In this document: in pieces, positions 32,060-39,194 of the stretch
Position numbering within the stretch: position 1 is the first letter of the stretch
Layout of the letters: each line of letters begins with the position of its first letter
Origin: an uncultured Candidatus Rokubacteria bacterium
Lineage (GTDB): Bacteria; Methylomirabilota; Methylomirabilia; Rokubacteriales; CSP1-6
Direction: 5' to 3'
DNA: 64,000 bases
NCBI GenBank assembly: GCA_963776725.1
Contig: CAVZOE010000018.1
Location: 443,474 to 507,473, forward strand
Position numbers and translations under genes: made by a program
Notes under the pieces: generated by a model
What the model was told of the DNA's origin: nothing
The model's input: the letters and a program-made list of their open reading frames with translations, nothing else
The model's database searches: none

Positions 32060-33138
32060 GCCGCCCGCTCGTCGACATCCGTCTGGAGGCGCTGAGTACG
32101 CGGGGCGGCAAGCCGCCCGGACTCGACAGCATCTCGGTCCACGTCCGCTACGGTGAGTTCTTCACCTTCCTGGGCCCACCGCACTCGGGCAAGACCGACG
32201 TGCTCCAGGCGGTGGCGGGCTTCATGCCCCCGAGCCAGGGCCGGATTCTCGTGGACGGTCAGGACATCGGCGGCCTGCCGCCCGGCCGGCGATCGGTGGG
32301 CTACGTGTTCCAGGAGGGCGCGCTCTGGCCGCACATGACCGCCGTGCAGCACGTGGCCTTCGGTCTGGAGCAGCAGGGGATGTCGGCCGAAGACATCGCC
32401 CAGCGAGTGGCCGTGGTGGGCCAGCGCCTGGAGCTGACCGATCGCGCCGCGCGCCCGCCGGCGATGAGCCTCACCGAGCGGCGTCGACTGGCGCTCGCCC
32501 GCGCGCTGGCGGTGGAGCCGCGCATCCTGCTGCTCGACGAGCCGCTGGCCCATCTCGATCCGCTCGCCCGCAAGACGCTGCGGCTCGAGCTGGCCCGACT
32601 GCACCGCGACCTCGCGGTGACGACCATCCACGTGACGCGTGATGCTGCCGACGCGCTGGCGCTGTCGGACCGTCTCGCGGTGCTGCACGGTGGACGCGTG
32701 CAGCAGATCGGCGAGCCGGCCGACGTCTACCAGCATCCGGTGAGTCGCGCGGTGGCCGAGGCGCTCGGCCCCGCCAACTTCCTGCCGGTCCGCGTCGTCG
32801 AGGTCCGCGACCTCGGCGTCGTCGTCGAGACCGAGGGCGGCCACCGGGTGCCGGTGGCCGGCATCGGTACCTGGCGCATGGGGAGCCGAGGGCTGCTGGT
32901 TCTCCGCCCCGAGCTGCTCGTGCTCACGGACGCCGGCACGGCCCGCGGCCCCGGGATCCCGGGCACGGTGACCCTGCGAGTCTTCGAGGGCGCACGCCAC
33001 GTCTACGAGGTCGACATCGGAGCCGGGCACCTGGTCCGGGTCGAAGCGCCCGGCGCGCTCGGCGACCGCCTCTTCCGCCTCGGCGACCGCGTCCGCATCT
33101 CCACCAGCAGCGACACCGTCGTCATCGTGCCTCAATGA
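32056..33138 (+). CDS. ABC-type ATPase with degenerate signature and H-loop motifs
   Basis: ATGA overlap with the MFS stop. Walker A GPPHSGKT, Q-loop and Walker B LLLDEP are present. The LSGGQ position reads MSLTE, and the H-loop reads HVTRD (Arg where His is expected). Confidence 0.8.
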   Translation: MSRPLVDIRLEALSTRGGKPPGLDSISVHVRYGEFFTFLGPPHSGKTDVLQAVAGFMPPSQGRILVDGQDIGGLPPGRRSVGYVFQEGALWPHMTAVQHVAFGLEQQGMSAEDIAQRVAVVGQRLELTDRAARPPAMSLTERRRLALARALAVEPRILLLDEPLAHLDPLARKTLRLELARLHRDLAVTTIHVTRDAADALALSDRLAVLHGGRVQQIGEPADVYQHPVSRAVAEALGPANFLPVRVVEVRDLGVVVETEGGHRVPVAGIGTWRMGSRGLLVLRPELLVLTDAGTARGPGIPGTVTLRVFEGARHVYEVDIGAGHLVRVEAPGALGDRLFRLGDRVRISTSSDTVVIVPQ

Positions 33139-33140
33139 AA

Positions 33141-33166
33141 ATGGGGGGCCTCGAAGGGCCCCCCAT
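33141..33166 (+). terminator. GC-rich hairpin ATGGGGGGCC-loop-GGCCCCCCAT directly after stop codon
   Basis: 10-bp perfect stem 3 nt after TGA 33136-33138. No U-tract. Confidence 0.5.
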
Positions 33167-33388
33167 GCCCCCCACGCTGCGCGCCCCGGCGGAGCCGTGG
33201 CGCTTCGCGAGCGAGTCCCATGCGGGGCCACAAAAGCGCTATGCAGAGTCCGGGACGCTCGGAGCGAAGAGCGATGCTGAAGGCCGGGACGTCCCGAGCG
33301 CTGGGGTAGGTGGAGTCACAGCACGCCAACCTCGCCTGAACCAGAAGGGCGCCTCGGCTCTGCCGGGGCGCCCTGAATGGCCGGGGGG

Positions 33389-33415
33389 ATGGGGGGCCAT
33401 TTCGTGGCCCTCCAT
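33389..33415 (-). terminator. GC-rich hairpin ATGGGGGGCCA-TTTCG-TGGCCCTCCAT next to the phosphodiesterase stop
   Basis: 11-bp stem with one mismatch, 3 nt from the stop of the minus-strand gene. It shares the ATGGGGGGCC core with 33141-33166. Confidence 0.45.
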
Positions 33416-33417
33416 CC

Positions 33418-34182
33418 TCACAACACGTAGGTCTTGTCTTGCTCCAGCATGGTGATGCGGCTGCCGCTGACCTCGGCGAGCTCCTCACCGATCTCATCGT
33501 AGAACTGCGGCTTCACGTGGAAAATCAGCACCGGCACGTCGGGCGGTAGCTTGGGGAGCTCGCGCCGGATCAGCTCGGGCGTCATGTGCCGGGCGATCTT
33601 GGCCAGGCCCTCGAGCCGGTTGGGGAACGCGCACTCGAGGATGATCGCGCCCAGCCCGTGCACGCCGCGGGCTGCCTGCCACAGCGCCTCCGTGGGCCCG
33701 GTGTCGCCGGAGTAGACCATGCCGCTCACGCCGTCCTGAACGATGAAGCCGCTGGTGGGCACGGTATGAGTGACCGCGACTGGCGTCACCATCAGGTTGC
33801 CGATCGGCTGCTCGACGTCCTCCGCCAGCTCGCGAAACCTCAGGACCGGAGCGTCGACGGTGGGCAGCTTGGTGAAATCGGGCCAGACCGTGTCGTTGAA
33901 GATCGAGCTGCGCAGCGCCTTGACCACCGGCTCGAGGCTGGCGATGGTCAGCGGCTTGTTCACCTCCATCAGCGCCAGGGTCTCGGTGAGGTACGCCAGG
34001 CCGGCCACGTGATCGAGGTGCGAGTGGGAGACCAGCGCGTGGTCGATCTGGACTTGCTCGGTGCTCGAGAGCGCGGCCCCGACGGTGCCGCCGTCGATCA
34101 GGAGGGAATCGTTGATCAGGAAGGCGGACGGCCTTTGAGCGAGTCCCTCGGCTCCGTAGGCGCCGAGCACTCGAATCTTCAT
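33418..34182 (-). CDS. class II 3',5'-cyclic-nucleotide phosphodiesterase (MBL fold)
   Basis: 254 aa with an HSHLDHVAGL signature (HxHLDH), typical of class II cAMP phosphodiesterases. Confidence 0.8.
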   Translation of the reverse strand: MKIRVLGAYGAEGLAQRPSAFLINDSLLIDGGTVGAALSSTEQVQIDHALVSHSHLDHVAGLAYLTETLALMEVNKPLTIASLEPVVKALRSSIFNDTVWPDFTKLPTVDAPVLRFRELAEDVEQPIGNLMVTPVAVTHTVPTSGFIVQDGVSGMVYSGDTGPTEALWQAARGVHGLGAIILECAFPNRLEGLAKIARHMTPELIRRELPKLPPDVPVLIFHVKPQFYDEIGEELAEVSGSRITMLEQDKTYVL

Positions 34183-34204
34183 TGTGAGGCGATACTAGCA
34201 TACA

Positions 34205-36286
34205 TTGGACGGGATGACCGGCGGCCGCGGGCTCGCCCTCGTCACCCGGTACGTCGGTGGCCTGGTTTCGGCCATCGTCGTGGTGGCCCTGGTCTTTCTC
34301 GGCGTGCTGGAGCCCCTCGAGCACTGGTCGCTGTCCCGCTTCTTCGAGGTCCGCGGCGCCCGCATCCCCGTCGCGCCGGTGGTGATCGTCAGCATCGACC
34401 AGCCTTCGATCATCGAGCTCAACGAGCAGTGGCCCTTCCCGCGAGCGATGCACGCCCGGTTGCTGCGCAAACTGGCGGAGGCCAAGCCGCTGGCCATCGG
34501 GGTCGACCTCATCTTCGACACGCCCTCCTCGCGAGGTCCCGCGGACGACGCGGCGCTGGGTGAGGCGATCGCCCGGGCCGGCAACGTCGTCCTCGCCGCC
34601 GCGCCGGTGATCTACGTCAGCCCTGGCCTCACCCGGGTGGACCCGAACCTGCCGATCCCCGTCATTCGCCGCGGCGCGGCCGGAATCGGCGCGATCAACG
34701 TGATCGCCGACACCGACAGCCAGATCCGGCGGGCGCCGCTGCGCGTCGCCGCCGGCGACGAGACACTGCCGTCCATCGACGCGGTCCTGCTGCGGGTGGC
34801 CGCCCGGCGCGGGCCCATCTCGGCCACGCTCCCGACCGTCGACGAGGTACTCATCAACTTCAACGGGCCGCCGCGCACCTTCCCGTGGATCGCCTACGAC
34901 AAGGTGCTCAGCGGCGACTTCACCCCGGAAGTGTTCCGCGACAAGATCGTCCTGATCGGCCCGACCAGCGAGGTGATGCACGACGTCTTCCCCACCGTCT
35001 ACGCGACGGGCGGGACCATGCCCGGCGTGGAGATCCACGCCAACATCCTGGACACCTTCGTCCGCAACGGCCGGCTCCGCGAGATTCCCCGCGGTATCTC
35101 CACCGCGGTGGCGGTGGCGGCCGCGCTGGTCGGCGCCGCGCTGGTGCTGAAGCTGCACCCGATGCGGGGGCTGGCCACCGGCCTGCTGCTGTGGTTCGTC
35201 TTCACGATCATCGCCTACCTCGGCTTCCTGTATTTCAACGCCTGGATGCGCGGGATGGCCGGCACCCTGGCCCTGGCGCTGGGCTACGGCGTGACCGCGC
35301 TGCAGAGCTTCGTGCGGGCGCAGCAGGAGCGACGGCGGCTGTCGCAGTTCTTCTCGCCGGAAGTGCTGCGCGAGGTCGTACGCCATCAGGACGACGGCAG
35401 CCTGGCCTCGAGCCGACGCCTGGTGACGGTCCTGTTCTCCGACATCCGCGGCTTCACGGCGCTCTCGGAGAAGCTGCCGCCGGAGGACGTGGCGGAGATG
35501 CTGCGCGACTACCTCACCGCCATGACCGAGATCGTGTTCGATCACGGGGGCACGGTGGACAAGTACATCGGCGACTGCGTGATGGCGCTCTACAACGTGC
35601 CGTTCGAGGATCCCGACCACGCGCTCAAGGCCGTGCGCACCGCGCTCGATCTGCAGGAGCGCACGCTGGAGGTATCGGATCGCTGGGAGGCGCGGCTGGG
35701 CGCGCCGCTGCGCAACGGCGTCGGGATCAACACCGGCGAAGCGGTCGTCGGCACCATGGGCTCGCGGCAGCGTCTGGAGTACACCGCCATCGGCGACACC
35801 GTGAATCTGGCCTCGCGGCTGGAAGCCCTCACCAAGGAGTACAACGTCCCCATCCTCATCAGCGAGTACACACACCAGCTCGTCGAGCATGAGCTGCACG
35901 GTCGCGAGCTGGGCGAGGTCACCGTCAAGGGCAAGACCCAGGCGGTGAAGATCTTTGCGCTGATGCCGGCCGATCTGCGCAAGCACCCGCGCGCGGTGGT
36001 GGAGGCCACGCCCACCGTGCACGTCACCGCCGGCGGACAGACGGTCACCGTGCGAGCCGTGGACGTCAGCGAGGGCGGCATGCAGATCTCCGGCGTGCCG
36101 GCCGAGTGGCGCCCGGGCACGCGCGTGCAGATCCGCTGCGAGGGCGGTCTGCTGGCGGTGCCGCTCTTCGCCGAGGCGGCGGTGGCCTGGCGGCGCGGCG
36201 ATCGCGCCGGCCTGGCCTTCACCGGACTGGCCGCCGACGTGGCGCCCGCAGTGGCCGACTACGTCTCACGCCGTGGTGGTCGCTGA
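34205..36286 (+). CDS. CHASE2 sensor - class III adenylate cyclase - PilZ domain fusion protein
   Basis: N-terminal CHASE2-like periplasmic region plus TM segments. The cyclase core has VLFSDIRGFT, KYIGDCVMA, EYTAIGDTVNLASRLE. The C-terminal approx. 106 aa (35966-36283) carry RKHPR and DVSEGG, the RxxxR / DxSxxG PilZ motifs. Confidence 0.85.
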   Translation: MDGMTGGRGLALVTRYVGGLVSAIVVVALVFLGVLEPLEHWSLSRFFEVRGARIPVAPVVIVSIDQPSIIELNEQWPFPRAMHARLLRKLAEAKPLAIGVDLIFDTPSSRGPADDAALGEAIARAGNVVLAAAPVIYVSPGLTRVDPNLPIPVIRRGAAGIGAINVIADTDSQIRRAPLRVAAGDETLPSIDAVLLRVAARRGPISATLPTVDEVLINFNGPPRTFPWIAYDKVLSGDFTPEVFRDKIVLIGPTSEVMHDVFPTVYATGGTMPGVEIHANILDTFVRNGRLREIPRGISTAVAVAAALVGAALVLKLHPMRGLATGLLLWFVFTIIAYLGFLYFNAWMRGMAGTLALALGYGVTALQSFVRAQQERRRLSQFFSPEVLREVVRHQDDGSLASSRRLVTVLFSDIRGFTALSEKLPPEDVAEMLRDYLTAMTEIVFDHGGTVDKYIGDCVMALYNVPFEDPDHALKAVRTALDLQERTLEVSDRWEARLGAPLRNGVGINTGEAVVGTMGSRQRLEYTAIGDTVNLASRLEALTKEYNVPILISEYTHQLVEHELHGRELGEVTVKGKTQAVKIFALMPADLRKHPRAVVEATPTVHVTAGGQTVTVRAVDVSEGGMQISGVPAEWRPGTRVQIRCEGGLLAVPLFAEAAVAWRRGDRAGLAFTGLAADVAPAVADYVSRRGGR

Positions 36287-36349
36287 GTTGCCGGCCCCCG
36301 TGGGTTGTGCTAGAACTCGCTTGATCGAACGACGCGAGCACGGAGGCGC

Positions 36350-37018
36350 ATGAGCGCGGATCCCTTCGACTATCCAATCATGGCGCGGGCGCTGATCATC
36401 GGCGACAAGGACACCGTCGCGCGCAAGACGCGCGAAGGGTTGGACCTGGCCATGGACCCCAAGGACCTCATCTTCAAGGGGTTGATTCCGGGGATGGACG
36501 TGGTGGGCGAGAAGTTCCGGCGCAACGAGTACTACGTGCCGCAGGTGCTGCTGTCCGCCCGGGCCATGTACGCCGGCCTGGACCTGCTCAAGCCACTCAT
36601 CACCGCCGCCGCCAACGCCTCCGACTATTTCGGCACCGTCGTGATCGGTACCGCCCAGGGTGACCTGCACGACATCGGCAAGAACCTGGTGGCGATGATG
36701 CTGGAGGGCGCCGGCTTCAAGGTCTTCAACCTGGGCCGCGACGTGGCGCCGGAGAAGTTCGTGGCGGCGGTGGAGGAGCACTCGGCCAACATCGTCGGCA
36801 TCTCGGCGCTGATGACGACCACCATGCCCGCCATGAAGCGGACCATCGACGCCCTGACCAAGGCCGGCCTGCGCGAGCGCGTGAAGGTCATGATCGGCGG
36901 CGCGCCGGTGAGCCAGGCGTTCGCCGACGAGATCGGCGCCGACGGCTATGCCAAGGACTCGACGCTGGCGGTGGTGAAGGCCAAGCAGCTGGTGGGCGTT
37001 GCCGTGGTGGCCACGTGA
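36350..37018 (+). CDS. corrinoid (B12)-binding protein
   Basis: B12-binding cap region plus GDLHDIGKN (DxHxxG), SALMTTT and GGAP motifs. Confidence 0.88.
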   Translation: MSADPFDYPIMARALIIGDKDTVARKTREGLDLAMDPKDLIFKGLIPGMDVVGEKFRRNEYYVPQVLLSARAMYAGLDLLKPLITAAANASDYFGTVVIGTAQGDLHDIGKNLVAMMLEGAGFKVFNLGRDVAPEKFVAAVEEHSANIVGISALMTTTMPAMKRTIDALTKAGLRERVKVMIGGAPVSQAFADEIGADGYAKDSTLAVVKAKQLVGVAVVAT

Positions 37019-37932
37019 AAGCGCGCGGCTGGGAGGTCGTCGAGCGGGTCCGCGCCGGCCAGACGCTGGTCTTCGACGGTGGCTACGGCACGATGCTCTT
37101 CGCCGCCGGTCTCCTCAACGGCGCCTGCCCCGAGGTGTGGAACGACACGCACGCCGAGGTGGTGGCCGGGATCCATCGTGGCTACTTCGAGGCCGGCAGC
37201 GACATCGTCGAGACCAACACCTTCGGCGGCACCCGGCTGAAGCTGGACGAGTACGCGATCGGCGATCGCACCCGCGAGCTCAACGTCAAGGGCGCGCGAC
37301 TGGCCAGAGCGGTGGCCCCGGCGGGCGGCTGGGTCGCCGGCTCCATCGGTCCGACGAGCCGCCTGCCACTCGACTACGCGCTCGACAACGGGGTGACCGA
37401 CGAGCAGTACGAGGAAACGTTTCGCGAGCAGGCCGAGGCGCTGGCCGAGGGCGGCGTGGACCTGTTCGCGGTCGAGACCATGATGTTCCCGCAGGAGGCG
37501 AACGCCGCCATCCGGGCGTGCAAGGCGGTGGCCGACCTGCCGGTGATGGCGACGATGTTCTTCCAGTACGAGGAAGGCAACGACCGCGACCGAACCATGT
37601 GGGGAGAGAGCGCGGGCGAGGTCGCCAAGAGCCTGCTGGCGGCCGGCGCCGACGTGGTGGGCATGAACTGCGGGCGCGGCCCCGACCGCGCGATCGTGAT
37701 CATCCGCGAGATGCGCGCGGTCACCGACGCGCCACTGGTGGCCTATCCGAATGCCGGCCTGCCCATCACCACCGGCGACAACGTACGGTACGAGCTGGAC
37801 CCCGAGCCGATGGCGCGCGAGTACCCGGCGCTGCTGGAGGCGGGCTGCAACATCGTGGGCGCCTGCTGCGGCTCCAACCCCGAGCACATCCGTCTGATCG
37901 CCGAGGTCGTTCGCCGCCGACGCAGCACGTGA
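37015..37932 (+). CDS. homocysteine S-methyltransferase-domain protein (MetH N-terminal module-like)
   Basis: 4-nt overlap with the upstream stop. FDGGYGT, ETNTFG, VGMNCG and GACCGSNPEHI (Zn/Hcy-binding Cys pattern) are present. Confidence 0.85.
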   Translation: MKARGWEVVERVRAGQTLVFDGGYGTMLFAAGLLNGACPEVWNDTHAEVVAGIHRGYFEAGSDIVETNTFGGTRLKLDEYAIGDRTRELNVKGARLARAVAPAGGWVAGSIGPTSRLPLDYALDNGVTDEQYEETFREQAEALAEGGVDLFAVETMMFPQEANAAIRACKAVADLPVMATMFFQYEEGNDRDRTMWGESAGEVAKSLLAAGADVVGMNCGRGPDRAIVIIREMRAVTDAPLVAYPNAGLPITTGDNVRYELDPEPMAREYPALLEAGCNIVGACCGSNPEHIRLIAEVVRRRRST

Positions 37933-38645
37933 GCCTGCCCCGGGCGCTGCAGGTCCTCACCGACCTGCCGCTGGCGATCGATCCCGACGAGGTCCTGCGC
38001 TTTCAGGGCTACAAGAAGGGGCGTGACGTCGCGACCCCCGACGTGCGCGCGCTCCTGGAGGAGGCGCTGGCGGAGGGCCGACGACTCATGGCGCCGCGTG
38101 CCGTGGCCCGCTGGGCGCCGGTGGCGCGCGTGGATGCCCACACGCTGCAGATCGAGGGTGAGACGCTGACGATCCCGCGGATCGGCGCCTTGTGGGGACC
38201 CGTCAGCGACGTGGCCGCCGTGGTGTGCACGATCGGTGAGGCGCTGGAGCAGCGGGTCGCCGAGCTGTGGGACGCGCGAGAATTGCCGCTGGCCTCGATG
38301 CTGGACAGCGTGGGCTCCGGGGCGGTGGAGAGCCTGGCCGAGCACGTGAACGATCTGCTGTGCCAGCAAGGACTTCCTGGCCTTCGCGTGACGAACCGCA
38401 TCAGCCCCGGCTACGCTGACTGGGACGTGGCCGAGCAGCCGAAGCTCTTCCGCCTTGGGCCCGCCGACGCGATCGGCGTGTCGCTGAACACGGCCTGCGT
38501 CATGACGCCGGGCAAGTCGATCTCGCTCCTGGTCGGCGCCGGACGGCAGGCCCGGGTGGACCACTACTTCACCCAGTGCGCCCGGTGCTGGATGCGGGAT
38601 TGCGCGTACCGCCGCGCCCCCGCCCGCGCCACGGTTCATCGCTGA
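37929..38645 (+). CDS. methionine synthase activation-domain-like protein
   Basis: GTGA overlap with the upstream stop. RISPGYADWDVAEQPKLF...GVSLNTACVMTPGKSIS resembles stand-alone proteins annotated as B12-dependent methionine synthase activation domain. Confidence 0.7.
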   Translation: MSLPRALQVLTDLPLAIDPDEVLRFQGYKKGRDVATPDVRALLEEALAEGRRLMAPRAVARWAPVARVDAHTLQIEGETLTIPRIGALWGPVSDVAAVVCTIGEALEQRVAELWDARELPLASMLDSVGSGAVESLAEHVNDLLCQQGLPGLRVTNRISPGYADWDVAEQPKLFRLGPADAIGVSLNTACVMTPGKSISLLVGAGRQARVDHYFTQCARCWMRDCAYRRAPARATVHR

Positions 38646-38739
38646 GCGTTCCGTTCTCCGTAAGGTTCTGTGCTAGTCTCGCCGCGCACATTCCACCCTC
38701 ACCGGCGAGGCGCGTGTGCCTCGCCATGCTGGAGGCCCC

Positions 38740-39192
38740 ATGGCGACACTGCTGATCAACGGCAAGTCCCACACGGTCGACGCGGATCCGGGCACTCCCT
38801 TGCTCTGGGTGATCCGTGAGCGGTTACAGCTGACCGGCACGAAGTTCGGCTGCGGGGTCGCGCAGTGTGGCGCCTGCACGGTGCACCTCGACGGCCAGGC
38901 CGTGCGCTCGTGCCAGACCACCGTGGCCCAGGCGGCGGGCAAGAAGATCACGACGATCGAGGGCCTGGACCCCAACGGGCGGCATCCGCTGCAGGTGGCG
39001 TGGATCGCTGAGCAGGTCCCGCAGTGCGGCTATTGCCAGTCCGGCCAGCTCATGCAGGCGGCCGCGCTGCTGGCCAAGAACCCCAACCCGAGCGACGCCG
39101 ACATCGTGACGGCGATGTCCGGCAACATCTGCCGGTGCGCGACGTATCCGCGGATCAAGCGCGCCATCAAGCGCGCGGCGCAGGGGGTGTGA
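38740..39192 (+). CDS. (2Fe-2S)-binding small subunit of a molybdopterin oxidoreductase (IorA/aldehyde oxidase type)
   Basis: GGAGG lies before ATG 38740. [18 protein letters not shown] and NICRCATY cluster motifs. Confidence 0.9.
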   Translation: MATLLINGKSHTVDADPGTPLLWVIRERLQLTGTKFGCGVAQCGACTVHLDGQAVRSCQTTVAQAAGKKITTIEGLDPNGRHPLQVAWIAEQVPQCGYCQSGQLMQAAALLAKNPNPSDADIVTAMSGNICRCATYPRIKRAIKRAAQGV

Positions 39193-39194
39193 TC

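Noticed and set aside
36287-36349. A cobalamin riboswitch upstream of the corrinoid-protein operon.
   Set aside because: Only 63 nt separate the upstream stop from the ATG, far too short for a B12 riboswitch, and no B12-box-like sequence is present.
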